From positions 96,001 to 160,000 of the forward strand of contig JABIAG010000003.1 of assembly GCA_018653365.1 (NCBI GenBank): DNA of 64,000 nt, read 5' to 3'. Source of the stretch: Candidatus Woesearchaeota archaeon (GTDB lineage Archaea; Nanobdellota; Nanobdellia; Woesearchaeales; JABIAG01). Of this stretch, positions 50,461 to 60,614 are shown piece after piece (position 1 is the first letter of the stretch; the number at the start of each line of letters is the position of its first letter). The notes under the pieces were generated by a model. It was not told the DNA's origin and did no database searches. It saw nothing but the letters and a program-made list of their open reading frames with translations. The translations under genes were made by a program, and so were the position numbers.

Positions 50461-51853
50461 GTGACTCTAAAAGTTCTAAGAACCCATTTATGTTCATTTT
50501 TATTCCAGAAATTGAGTTTAGTCTTTTTATTGCTTTCCAAAGGTATCTTAATCTGAAATAGAATTCTTTATTCGCTTTTTTTAATAGTTCTTCTTGTTGT
50601 TTTGGATTTAATCCAGGCAGGGTCATATACCCTAATTGTAAGTGGTATCCCATCCACTTTTCTACTTTTTTCATATACCAATGTTTATTCTTCAATGCAC
50701 CTGTTTCAAGTGCCCAATCGTATAATTCTGTGTTGGGAAAGGGGGTGCAGATGGCAAAGTGCGCAAAATCGGGGTTTACTTTTTTTGCTAGTTCGATTGT
50801 TTTTCTTACGTTCTCAGGGTTGTCGCCAGGGTTACCAATCATAAAAAAGCCAATTGCTCTAATGCCTACCTTATCAATTATTTTAAATGCATCAATTACT
50901 TGTTGAGGGGTTATACCTTTTTTTATTCGGTTAAGTACTTCTTGGCTTCCAGATTCCACCCCTATTCCTAAAACATGACATCCACTTTTTTTCATTTTTC
51001 TTAAGATTGTTTCATCTAATGTATCAACACGTGAGTTACATCTCCAACTTATTTTTAACCCTCTTTTTTGTATGTCGTCACAGATTTCTTCAACCCACTT
51101 CTTGTCTAATACAAACGTACTATCTCTTATTGAGAAATCTTTTACTCCATATTTTTTATAATTATTTTCCATTTCATCAACAATGTTTTTTGGGCTTCTT
51201 ACTCTTGCTTTCCTTCCATGTGTTTTAAATGCATCACAGAACGAGCAACGATAAGGACATCCTCTAGAACAAATCATTGACATGGTTTTGCTATGTTGTG
51301 AGTAGGGCACTCGATACAAGTTTAAATCTATCAGGTCTAAGTCCGGAAAGGGTAACGAATCTAAGTCCTCAATTAATGTTCGCGGAGCATTTTTTATTAT
51401 TTCATCATTTTTTCTCCAGATCAGTCCTTTAACTTCTTCATCCTTTTTCTTTTGTAGCAATTCAAGGAAGGTATATTCTCCCTCACCATGAATTAAGTAG
51501 TCAACATCTTTTGAGAATTGAAATATTTCTTTTCCAACTGAGTTAACATGGCCTCCACCAAGGACAATTTTAGTGTTAGGGATGCGTTCTTTTACTTTTT
51601 TAGAAATTTCAAGAGCTTGTATGATCTGAGGGGTCATTACACTAATACCTAAAAATCTTGGATTCTCTTTTACTATTCTTTCAATTAGTTGTTCAGTTGT
51701 TACACCTTCACTTTCTGCATCGATTATCTTTACACTGAATCCCTCTTTTTTACAAATTGCTGCAATGTATAGTATGCCCAGAGGTGGAAGAGTGAATTTT
51801 GGTTTCTTACCCTCACTCATTGAGGGGTATACTAGAAGTATGTCTAATGCCAT
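50450..51853 (-). CDS. Cobalamin-binding (class B) radical SAM protein
   Basis: PPLGILYIAA, GGGH, SRGCPYRCSFC, GVESGSQ, FFMIGNPG. Confidence 0.93.
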   Translation of the reverse strand: MALDILLVYPSMSEGKKPKFTLPPLGILYIAAICKKEGFSVKIIDAESEGVTTEQLIERIVKENPRFLGISVMTPQIIQALEISKKVKERIPNTKIVLGGGHVNSVGKEIFQFSKDVDYLIHGEGEYTFLELLQKKKDEEVKGLIWRKNDEIIKNAPRTLIEDLDSLPFPDLDLIDLNLYRVPYSQHSKTMSMICSRGCPYRCSFCDAFKTHGRKARVRSPKNIVDEMENNYKKYGVKDFSIRDSTFVLDKKWVEEICDDIQKRGLKISWRCNSRVDTLDETILRKMKKSGCHVLGIGVESGSQEVLNRIKKGITPQQVIDAFKIIDKVGIRAIGFFMIGNPGDNPENVRKTIELAKKVNPDFAHFAICTPFPNTELYDWALETGALKNKHWYMKKVEKWMGYHLQLGYMTLPGLNPKQQEELLKKANKEFYFRLRYLWKAIKRLNSISGIKMNINGFLELLESLKS

Positions 51854-51854
51854 T

Positions 51855-52721
51855 TTAATGTCCTCTGGTTTTAACTATTAGGTCTGCTACAAAACCAAGA
51901 AATATCAATTGAATTCCTACTAAAATTAGTGTTACAGGAGTCTCACCCAGCCCACCTGTACTGATTTGATATCCGCCAAATCCTAATCCTCCTAATAATA
52001 GAACAAATCCGGGAATTAGGAAGAATTTTAGTGGTTTAAAGTAAAAGATTATTCTATTAATTAAGCTTATGAACATGAGAAAATCTTTAGGTTTCATGGT
52101 GGACTTGCCACGCCGCTTATAGTAATTAATAGGTTCATATTTTACTGGATAATCATTGGTTAAGAATGCAAGTGTTATTGTTGAGGTGAAAGAGAATCTG
52201 CTGGGGTACATAGCATAAAATTGCATTGCTTTTTTCCGATCAAAAATTCTTAATCCTGAGTTTAGGTCTGGTATGTCATGATTACATACAAATTTTGCTA
52301 ACTTGTTTAACATTGCTTTAGCAGGCCTTCGCATTAAAGGGATACTAACATTTTTCCCAGTTCTAGAACCCACAACCATATCATAATCTTCAAGGTGTGC
52401 TGCAAGTTTAGGGATGTCTTCTACCGGATATGTCATGTCTGCATCGGTGATTACAACATAGTCTGCTTTAGAGTTTTGTAATGCTCTTTTAATAGATGCA
52501 CTATATCCCAAGTTGTAGGGGTTATTGATTAGGTGTATTCCTGTTATGTCTTGTAAAATTTCTTTTGATTTATCTTTAGAACAATCATTTACAACAACGA
52601 TTTCGTATCTTTCAAAGGTTGCTTGCATAACTTTTTTTAAGTGTTCAATAACCTCTTTTACTGAGTTTTCTTCATTATAAACAGGCACTATTGCAGTTAT
52701 GCTGAAGTTTTTGTATTTCAT
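51855..52721 (-). CDS. GT2 glycosyltransferase
   Basis: VPVYNEE, VNDCS, TDADMTY, DLNSGLR. Confidence 0.93.
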   Translation of the reverse strand: MKYKNFSITAIVPVYNEENSVKEVIEHLKKVMQATFERYEIVVVNDCSKDKSKEILQDITGIHLINNPYNLGYSASIKRALQNSKADYVVITDADMTYPVEDIPKLAAHLEDYDMVVGSRTGKNVSIPLMRRPAKAMLNKLAKFVCNHDIPDLNSGLRIFDRKKAMQFYAMYPSRFSFTSTITLAFLTNDYPVKYEPINYYKRRGKSTMKPKDFLMFISLINRIIFYFKPLKFFLIPGFVLLLGGLGFGGYQISTGGLGETPVTLILVGIQLIFLGFVADLIVKTRGH

Positions 52722-52767
52722 AACTTAAACTAAACAAGGGGTATTTAAATAAGTTTCGTAAACCGAG

Positions 52768-53250
52768 TTATTTCTCTAATAAGAACTTTATTTCTTTAGA
52801 ATATAGCTTTCCTTTAACCTTTTTTATTCTAAATCCTGCTGCTTCTACCAACTGTTTTGTCAGGTGTTTTGTTAGAAGTACATAATGGATTGACCTTCCT
52901 TGTTTGAACTTTCTGTTCATGTACCAATACCAAAATTTGTCTAAGTCAAAGAATAGGTTAATGATTACTAAAGGAAAGTATTGACAGTTGGGTACGATTA
53001 ATCGCATAGTCCCTCCACTTTTTAAGCATCTGTAACATTCTTGTAAAACAAAGTATGGGTTTTTTACATGTTCTATTGAATTGTCTGAGTTAATGAACTC
53101 TAAACTAGAATCCTCAAATGGCAAGCCTTCTTCACAATTATGTAACAGGTCAGGGTTATAATCTGGATTTACATCAAGTCCAAAACAGTCTTTGTATTTT
53201 TGATCGGGCATTCCGCATCCGATGTCAATTTTTGTTACTTTTTGATCCAT
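52768..53250 (-). CDS. SAM-dependent methyltransferase (type 11-like)
   Basis: DIGCG, LPFEDSS, IEHV. Confidence 0.85.
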   Translation of the reverse strand: MDQKVTKIDIGCGMPDQKYKDCFGLDVNPDYNPDLLHNCEEGLPFEDSSLEFINSDNSIEHVKNPYFVLQECYRCLKSGGTMRLIVPNCQYFPLVIINLFFDLDKFWYWYMNRKFKQGRSIHYVLLTKHLTKQLVEAAGFRIKKVKGKLYSKEIKFLLEK

Positions 53251-53348
53251 TTTTTCAACTTAGGTAATCTTTTTATACTATCAACCTTTTTTTTCTTATA
53301 GCTGTGGATTGAGTCTGCATTTAAATATGTTTCGTTGTTTCCATAACT

Positions 53349-55631
53349 ATGTTAAAAATGAAAAAGTCATTCAAAAAGCACATTCCTTTTTTACTTCTTA
53401 TTCTTGTTATTGCATTGGTTTACATGCATCCTTTTTTAAGTTCTAATGCTTCTTATCATCACGGTGATTGGCGGATTTCTCATCAGAATACCCTTGTAAT
53501 AATGGATAAAGCACTTGATGATGGGACTTTACCGTTATGGACTAATTTAGTTGATAGTGGGATGCCGTTCTATGCGATTCCGGATAAACCTTTTCTCTAT
53601 CCTCCTCTTCTTTTATTGCTCTGGTTCTTTGGTGCAGTATTTGCTATGAATATTTTGGTTGTTGCGCATATGGCTATTGCTGGTTTGTTCATGTATTTGT
53701 TGGCATTTCATTTATTTCAGAATAGGTATGTTGCTCTGGGTTCGGCACTCATTTTTATGTTGTCTTCTATTAATTTAATGCACGCCCCTTTTTGGAGATA
53801 TTCCACTGCTTGGATTCCTTTGTTAATGTACTTTGTTATTAGAGCGTTCGAGTCTAAAGATAAACGTATCTTGTTTTCAGTTTTAGCAGGAACAATTTTA
53901 GCATTACAAGCTCTGGCTGGAGGAATTTTCATCTTTTACTATACTCTATTGTTCCTTGTAATCTTGTTTTTAATTTTTAAATGGATGTTGGCGAAGAATA
54001 AAGTGGCATCTCTTTTTTCAGTTTTAATGATTTTCTTTATTCTTTTTGGAGTGTTTTTGGGTTTTTCTCTTGTTCGGCTCGCACCCTCAACAGAGTGGTC
54101 TAACTTAATTAACCGGGCGTCTGGATTGGATGTTGAGCAATCAAAAGGCACCACCCTATCTTCTTCTGATGTTTTTACCACGTTCATTTCAGGTAATGCA
54201 AAGGGGTACTATCGGATTGGTTTTTTGGGAACTATTTTTGTTTTATGTGCATTCTGCTTTTTTAGAAAAAAAGAATTTTTTAAGAATAATAAGAATAAGT
54301 TATTAATATTCTTTATTCTGGTTATGTTTATCAATTTAATCTTTGCTACCGGTCTTTTTTATGAGTTTTTTTGGAAGATTATTCCAGGATTAAACAAACA
54401 GCGGCATCTTATTCGTAGTCTGTTTGTTTACGTTTTCTGTGCTTCTATTGTTGCAGGGTATGGATTATTATATTTGTTTACCGTACTAAAAAAGCGCATT
54501 GGCGCCAAACCCTTCAAAATACTTTTTGTAATTCTTTTAGCATTGTTAGTTGTTGATATGTTGGCATTGTCAAATGTTTCAGAGAGATATCCTGATTTAG
54601 AAGATTACAATATAGTTATTGATAATAATCCTTTAGCACAATATTTGAGCACACAGGAAAAGCCTTTTAGAATTCATGTTTTTGAAGTGAGGGGTATTGA
54701 TTACACAAATATTGAAATTGCGACAATTCCGTTAAATGTGGAGGAGACTAGTCATGCCTTTGGGGGTTTTTGGTTTAATGATTACCTTCATGGTTTTATG
54801 AGTCTTGCTTATCAAGGAGATTATGCAAAAATTATGGGTGTTTTAAATGTCAAGTATATCTCCTCTTCAAAGGAAATTAATATTTCTGGTTTGGATTTGT
54901 ACAAAGTTCTTCCCGAGTATGATGGGGCAATTCCTGATTTTATTGATGGTCCGTATTTATATAATAATACTAAAGCAGTCTCACGCGCATTTTATCCTGA
55001 AAATAAAGTTTTGGTGGTTGGAGATTCTGAAAGTGCAAAGCAAATTGTTAGAGTTATTTTACTTCAAGATTCTTTTAATACGTCTAACACTGTTGTTGTG
55101 AGATCAAATAAAGATCGTGTTTCTGAGTTTAATTATGACTTTTTATCTGGGTTTGATGTAGTTGTTTTGGGAAAAGGATCTGTGGAATCAAATGTACCTT
55201 ACTCTCTTAAAAAATATGTTGAAGAGGGCGGAATCTTACTTCCAAATTTGATTGAGGGCGAAAACTCAATTAGTGCCGAGAATTTGGCAAAGGAATTCAG
55301 TTTATTTTCAGGATCAAACATAAATGTTGATGCTTCATTACATTATTCGCAAAACTCTCTTCTAATCAACAATCCTTCTCCTGGTTGGCTGGTTTTGAGT
55401 GAGAGATACGCATTGTTTCCGGGTTGGAGGGTTCGTGCAGATGGTACCGAACTTGATATTTTCCAGGCAGATGGCATTATTTCAGCAGTTAACGTACCAA
55501 GTAATGTTGCTGAATTAGAATTTGTTTATAGTCCTAAGTTTTTTGTTTCAACGTTTATTTTATTTATTCTAACAACGCTTTTTGTTGTTGTTTATCTTCT
55601 CTTATTCTGGAGAAAGTCATCAAAACAATAG
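53349..55631 (+). CDS. YfhO-like GT-C membrane glycosyltransferase
   Basis: LPLWTNLVDSGMPF, LYPP, many TMs, C-terminal LVLSE...PGW. Confidence 0.85.
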   Translation: MLKMKKSFKKHIPFLLLILVIALVYMHPFLSSNASYHHGDWRISHQNTLVIMDKALDDGTLPLWTNLVDSGMPFYAIPDKPFLYPPLLLLLWFFGAVFAMNILVVAHMAIAGLFMYLLAFHLFQNRYVALGSALIFMLSSINLMHAPFWRYSTAWIPLLMYFVIRAFESKDKRILFSVLAGTILALQALAGGIFIFYYTLLFLVILFLIFKWMLAKNKVASLFSVLMIFFILFGVFLGFSLVRLAPSTEWSNLINRASGLDVEQSKGTTLSSSDVFTTFISGNAKGYYRIGFLGTIFVLCAFCFFRKKEFFKNNKNKLLIFFILVMFINLIFATGLFYEFFWKIIPGLNKQRHLIRSLFVYVFCASIVAGYGLLYLFTVLKKRIGAKPFKILFVILLALLVVDMLALSNVSERYPDLEDYNIVIDNNPLAQYLSTQEKPFRIHVFEVRGIDYTNIEIATIPLNVEETSHAFGGFWFNDYLHGFMSLAYQGDYAKIMGVLNVKYISSSKEINISGLDLYKVLPEYDGAIPDFIDGPYLYNNTKAVSRAFYPENKVLVVGDSESAKQIVRVILLQDSFNTSNTVVVRSNKDRVSEFNYDFLSGFDVVVLGKGSVESNVPYSLKKYVEEGGILLPNLIEGENSISAENLAKEFSLFSGSNINVDASLHYSQNSLLINNPSPGWLVLSERYALFPGWRVRADGTELDIFQADGIISAVNVPSNVAELEFVYSPKFFVSTFILFILTTLFVVVYLLLFWRKSSKQ

Positions 55632-56365
55632 AATTTTGTTTTTGTTAACATAATTCTAAAGTCTTTTGTTCTGTTCCGTAAATAAAGTATCATCCGGGGA
55701 TCGTTTATTATATTATTAATTTTAATTTTTAATGGAATTTTATATATTTGCCAGGGGTGTACAAACATAAACAGGTCTTTTTTGACTTTTTTTAAAACAT
55801 TCTTGCCAAGTAGTGCAAAACAGAATCCTGATCCAATTGGTTTTTTACGTAAGTTTTGCAGGGTTAAACTTTGAGGTAAACTTTTTGAGATCTTTTTAAT
55901 TGATGTTACTGGAATCTCAATAACTTCTTTTTGATATATTTCATTTCCATAAGCAGAAGAGTCATAATCAAATCCTTTATCTTTTAATAACTGCAAACAG
56001 TCGGGAGTCAGAAACATTTGTGGGGCTCTAAACCCTTTTGGTTTGTATTTTTTTATAAATTCTCTTCCTTTTTCTAATTCTTCTATTAACACAGCTCTAT
56101 TTTGTATTATTCTGTGAGTAAATGAGTGGAATCCTATTTCGTGACCTTCTTTTTTTATTTCTTCAATTAGTTTTGGGTACCAGGAGTAAAGCTCTCCAAG
56201 AATAAAGAATGTGGCTTTTGTTTGATTCTTTTTTAATACTGCTAGAATTTTATGCGTTGCTCTAATTATCCAACCCTTATCTGCTTTTTTTCTTTGTTCA
56301 CTAGTTCTTCGATCATTCAAATTCATATGTACAAATGACTCTAAATCTATACTTAAGTGGTTCAT
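55592..56365 (-). CDS. Polysaccharide deacetylase (CE4)
   Basis: SIDLE, ATFFILG, GHEIGFHSFTH, GFRAP, YDSS, HPWQ. Confidence 0.9.
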   Translation of the reverse strand: MNHLSIDLESFVHMNLNDRRTSEQRKKADKGWIIRATHKILAVLKKNQTKATFFILGELYSWYPKLIEEIKKEGHEIGFHSFTHRIIQNRAVLIEELEKGREFIKKYKPKGFRAPQMFLTPDCLQLLKDKGFDYDSSAYGNEIYQKEVIEIPVTSIKKISKSLPQSLTLQNLRKKPIGSGFCFALLGKNVLKKVKKDLFMFVHPWQIYKIPLKIKINNIINDPRMILYLRNRTKDFRIMLTKTKFYCFDDFLQNKRR

Positions 56366-56415
56366 TTAGTGTAATTACGAAAATGTTTTTAAATATCTAA
56401 CGGTTTTTTTGGGGT

Positions 56416-57423
56416 ATGGAGTTCAAGAACCTTGCCACAGGAGTTTGGGATGATTTTGTTAAAACCCATAGTAATACCTGGATTAATTGTTTAAGTAGTT
56501 GGAATACTTTTTTTGAAAACGAGTTTAATTACAATAATTTAAGTTTTGGAGTTTATGAAGACAATAAGTTAGTTGGAGTTTTCCCTTTATTCAAGGTTAA
56601 AAGTTTGATTTTTGGCAATAGGCTGATTTCAGGGCCTGTTCTTGATGTGGGGGGTTATTTCTCAAAAAAGAAAGGGATTCCTTCTGAAGTTAAAAATCAG
56701 GTTATAATTATTGCAAAAAAAGAAAAAGTGGATTGTGTTGAAGTAAGAAACCCTCCTGAAGCCATGTCTGGTTTTGAAAAGAGATCTGATTATGTTGATT
56801 TCGTTCTTGATTTAGCTACTTCTGAAGAAAAGATTTGGACTGGGTTAAATAAAAAGTTACGTAATGGTATCCGAAAGGCACAAAAAAACATTAAGATAGA
56901 AAAAAAGTCTATTGATCAGGGGTTGGATCAATTTTATAAACTTTATTTAATTACAATGAAAGCTCTTGGTTCTCCTCCGATAACCAAGAAATTTTTTCAA
57001 CAAATGAATAAAACAAAAAGTTATTTTCTTTTTGCTAAACTTGGTGATAAAATTGTTGCAGCAATTTTAGTTAATTATTTTAATGGTAAAGCTAAATATG
57101 AAGCTGCAGTTTACCTTCCTAAATTTCGCAATACTCAAGCCAATCCTTTACTTGTCTACGAAGCAATCTTAAATTCAAAGGCAGATAACATGAATTATTT
57201 TATTTTTGGTCGCACTCAACCAGATAGTTCGGTTTATACATTTAAGAAACGTTGGAATGCTGTCGAGATTCCAATAACTTATTATTACAAGTCTTTTAAT
57301 GGAAAGATTCCTTCTGATGTCCGAAGTTCGAAGCTTGCAGTTCTGTCTTTTGTTTGGAAGGTCTTACCTACTTGCATCACTGCATGGATTGGAAATTATT
57401 TTAGAAAGCAATTGGCAATGTAA
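56416..57423 (+). CDS. FemAB-like double GNAT protein
   Basis: GVFPL, LDL..EEKIW..L.KKLRNGIRKA, FGRT, FKKRW. Confidence 0.85.
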   Translation: MEFKNLATGVWDDFVKTHSNTWINCLSSWNTFFENEFNYNNLSFGVYEDNKLVGVFPLFKVKSLIFGNRLISGPVLDVGGYFSKKKGIPSEVKNQVIIIAKKEKVDCVEVRNPPEAMSGFEKRSDYVDFVLDLATSEEKIWTGLNKKLRNGIRKAQKNIKIEKKSIDQGLDQFYKLYLITMKALGSPPITKKFFQQMNKTKSYFLFAKLGDKIVAAILVNYFNGKAKYEAAVYLPKFRNTQANPLLVYEAILNSKADNMNYFIFGRTQPDSSVYTFKKRWNAVEIPITYYYKSFNGKIPSDVRSSKLAVLSFVWKVLPTCITAWIGNYFRKQLAM

Positions 57424-57424
57424 G

Positions 57425-58126
57425 TTAGAGTCTGAGTCTTAATTTAATCATGTCTAATAACATATTTATTGCCGCTTTTATTATTTTTAATTGATTGTTC
57501 TCTGGATTTTCTAGAATTACCGGGATTTCAACAATTTTAATGTTTTTTTTGTTGGCGTTGTAAAGTAGTTCTGTGTCCCAAATGTAACCATGTTCTTTTG
57601 GATATTTTATTTTTTTGAACACATTTCGTTTTATGATTTTCATTCCTGCTTGTATGTCTTTTTGTGGAATTCCAAATATTATTTTTATGATGAGTCTGTA
57701 TGTCCAACTTAAGACTTTTCTCTTCATAGAACTTTGGTACTTTCCCCCTGAAACGTATCTGCTGGCAATTATGATTTCTGCTTCTTTAACATATTTTTCT
57801 ATAGCCAATTTTAAGAATTTGGTAATATCATATGGAATGTCATCATCAACCATTAGCACCCAATCATATTTGGCTTTTCTTATTCCTAAGGTTAAGCCGA
57901 TTCCCTTTCCTTTTGGTTTGATAAACACTGGTTTGATAATGTCGTCTTTAATTGTATTTAAAATTTCAAATGTATTATCTGTACTTGTTTGTGCAGCAAT
58001 TAAGATTTCAAACTTATCTATTTTTGCAGTCTTAATAATATCTTCAATGGTTTTTCTTATTTTTAGAACGTTTTCTTTTATTATCTTTGAGGAGTTTATT
58101 GTTGGAATAACGACTGATAAATCCAT
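57425..58126 (-). CDS. GT2 glycosyltransferase (Dol-P glucosyltransferase-like)
   Basis: MDLSVVIP, GKG, VDDD, ASRY, DIQAGMK, WDTELL; start moved to 58126. Confidence 0.88.
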   Translation of the reverse strand: MDLSVVIPTINSSKIIKENVLKIRKTIEDIIKTAKIDKFEILIAAQTSTDNTFEILNTIKDDIIKPVFIKPKGKGIGLTLGIRKAKYDWVLMVDDDIPYDITKFLKLAIEKYVKEAEIIIASRYVSGGKYQSSMKRKVLSWTYRLIIKIIFGIPQKDIQAGMKIIKRNVFKKIKYPKEHGYIWDTELLYNANKKNIKIVEIPVILENPENNQLKIIKAAINMLLDMIKLRLRL

Positions 58127-58272
58127 GATAGTTTGAACATTAACTCTTTTATAAATATTCTTGTTATGTTGAGTTGTGTTAACAGCTTGACTTTTAAACT
58201 GACTTGTTTGTTTTGTTGTAATCAAATCTGTTTTTGGAAAGCTTTTTAAAATATGTTTTCTGTCTTTGTACT

Positions 58273-58521
58273 ATGAAAATGAAGTATGAGTGGGTTTTAG
58301 TTGTTGTTTTGATTATCATCACATTATTTGTTGTTCTGAGTATAAACCCTAAATCTGATTGTCATAAAGAATGTGTTGTTAAGGGATACGATACTGGGCG
58401 TTGTTTAGACATGCCAAAAGAATTAACATGTGAAAGTAAGTTTAATTATTCGTCATTATCGACTGAGTTTTGTTCACAAAAGAATTACCAAGGTTTTTAT
58501 TATGCTTGTTGTTGTCAATGA
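58273..58521 (+). CDS. Small membrane-anchored Cys-rich protein
   Basis: TM then DCHKECVVKGYDTGRC..C..C..CCC; ATGA overlap with the next gene. Confidence 0.7.
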   Translation: MKMKYEWVLVVVLIIITLFVVLSINPKSDCHKECVVKGYDTGRCLDMPKELTCESKFNYSSLSTEFCSQKNYQGFYYACCCQ

Positions 58522-59885
58522 TTAATCAATTAAAACGTATGGATGCTGGAGTATTAACTTTAATAATACTTTTTATAATTCTTACGCCCATTTTTCTCAC
58601 ACCCATAATTCATGGTTCAGATGGTCCAGGGTATTATTCATATGTTCGTTCAATGGTTATTGATGGTGATGTGGATCTAGAGAATGAATTAACTCATTAT
58701 AAAGAAACGTATGATTATATCAAGATTAATTTTCGTGAGGGTACGGGAAGGGTAAAATCTCAGTATAACGTGGGGGCAGCCATATTCTGGTCTCCGTTTT
58801 TCTTATTGGCTCATGGTTTATCTCATGTGTTTAGTCTTCCCTTGGATGGTTATTCCCAAATGTATGTTACTTTAAGTATGTTGGGTTCTGCAATTTATGC
58901 CCTGATTGGCCTAATTTTGCTTTATAAGATTGCTAAAGATTTAGTTGGTAAGAAGATTGCACTAATCTCTACTCTGACTGTTTGGCTTGCTTCTCATCTG
59001 TTTCATTATATGTACCTTCAACCCTATATGTCTCACGCTATTTCATTTTTTGCGGTTTCTTTATTTATTTGGTACTGGTATTTTTATATGCGTCCAAAAA
59101 ACTCAGCAAAGCTTTCTTGGAAAAAGTGGGTTTTGTTGGGGGTTGTTGCTGCTCCATTATTACTTGTTAGAATTCAGAACATCCTTTATATTTCAATTCC
59201 TTTAATTTATTATATTTTTGAGCTCATTGACCTGTCAGATTGGAAGGGAAGGATTAAAAGCCTTTTAGGACCTTTACTTGCAGCAATAACTTTTATTATC
59301 TTAATTTTGCCTCAACTTATTGTTTGGAAGATTAATGATGGGCACATTCTCGGTTCTTATATTGGGAATTATGCTAGTGCAGAAGGTTCAAGTTTTAGTA
59401 TCTTGAGAATATTATTTGTTCTTTTTTCAAACAAGCATGGTTTGTTTAATTGGACTCCTGTTTTCTTACTTGGTGCTATTGGTTTATACTTTTTATATAA
59501 GCGAAGCAGGCAGGACAAAAAACTTGTTTTGACCTTGACTGTGGCAATATTTCTCCAATTACTTGTTGCAGCTAGCTGGATGAGATGGTGGGGAGGCTAT
59601 TCTTATGGTAACCGATATGTTTTGGGTACTGCTGTTTTGTTAGGGATTGGTTTTGCATATTTCATGAAAAAGGCATATTTATACAAAAAGTTCCTGTTAT
59701 GGCTAATTCCTGCAATCTTGATTGGTTGGAATTTTAATCTTATGTTTCAGTATGGTTCTAGAATGATTTGTCCGGATTGTTCTGCTAGTCCATTAAGAAT
59801 TTTAAGGAATTTAGTTACTGAACTTCCGAAGAAGGCAATAACAATTTTGAAAAAGTTTCTTTTTGATCGTGGTTCTTTGTTATAA
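58518..59885 (+). CDS. GT-C fold (PMT/GT39-like) membrane glycosyltransferase
   Basis: DGPGYYSYVRSMVIDGDVD, HGLFNWTP, WWGGYSYGNRY. Confidence 0.8.
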   Translation: MINQLKRMDAGVLTLIILFIILTPIFLTPIIHGSDGPGYYSYVRSMVIDGDVDLENELTHYKETYDYIKINFREGTGRVKSQYNVGAAIFWSPFFLLAHGLSHVFSLPLDGYSQMYVTLSMLGSAIYALIGLILLYKIAKDLVGKKIALISTLTVWLASHLFHYMYLQPYMSHAISFFAVSLFIWYWYFYMRPKNSAKLSWKKWVLLGVVAAPLLLVRIQNILYISIPLIYYIFELIDLSDWKGRIKSLLGPLLAAITFIILILPQLIVWKINDGHILGSYIGNYASAEGSSFSILRILFVLFSNKHGLFNWTPVFLLGAIGLYFLYKRSRQDKKLVLTLTVAIFLQLLVAASWMRWWGGYSYGNRYVLGTAVLLGIGFAYFMKKAYLYKKFLLWLIPAILIGWNFNLMFQYGSRMICPDCSASPLRILRNLVTELPKKAITILKKFLFDRGSLL

Positions 59886-60575
59886 TTATACAACTTCTTC
59901 TGCTTTTTTTAGGTCTTCTGGGAAGTCTATGTCGATGAACTTTTTGTCTCCTATATTAAATGAGGTGACCTCTTCACCATCTAAGATTATTTGATTTATT
60001 ATATTTATTAATGTGACATTTAAATTTGTTTTGAGCGCTTTTTCTATTTGTTTTATCATATTTTTCGCTCCGCTTTTTGAGAGCTTCATGATTCCTATAA
60101 ATTCACTGCTTTGATCGGGGGAATTTTCTTTACTTATTCCTGTTATTCTTCCGTTGTTTTCGATAACTTTTTCTGCTTCCTCTCTGAGTTCTTGTTTTTT
60201 TACTGCTAAGCAAGCATGTCCTGTACATGTTGGAAGTTCTTTTAGAATCGCTGAGTCAAATATTATGTCTGCATACATTACTATGCATTCCTCTTTTAGT
60301 TCTTCTTTTGCTGTTAAAAGTGTTGCAGCCATACCTGATACTTCAAAGAAAGGGTTGTAAACTGTTTTTATTTTCAATTTATTACATTTAGTTTCAAGTG
60401 CCTCTGATTTATATCCTGACACAACTATGATTTCATTTGTTCCTGCAGCTTTAAGCGCATCTATTTGGTGTTCGAGGATTGTTTTGTTTTTAACCATTAA
60501 CAAGCTTTGGGGGACATCTTTAACAAGAGGTAAAAGTCTTGGCGAATTCCCTGCTGCGATGATTATGGCCTTCAT
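59886..60575 (-). CDS. LicC/PntC-like phosphocholine or phosphonate cytidylyltransferase (NTP transferase fold)
   Basis: MKAIIIAAGNSPRL..P.SLL, YNP.F, YADIIF, EFIGI, IDIDFPEDL. Confidence 0.85.
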   Translation of the reverse strand: MKAIIIAAGNSPRLLPLVKDVPQSLLMVKNKTILEHQIDALKAAGTNEIIVVSGYKSEALETKCNKLKIKTVYNPFFEVSGMAATLLTAKEELKEECIVMYADIIFDSAILKELPTCTGHACLAVKKQELREEAEKVIENNGRITGISKENSPDQSSEFIGIMKLSKSGAKNMIKQIEKALKTNLNVTLINIINQIILDGEEVTSFNIGDKKFIDIDFPEDLKKAEEVV

Positions 60576-60614
60576 TTTTTAATTTTTATTTTTCTAAATA
60601 TTTAATCTTTTTGA

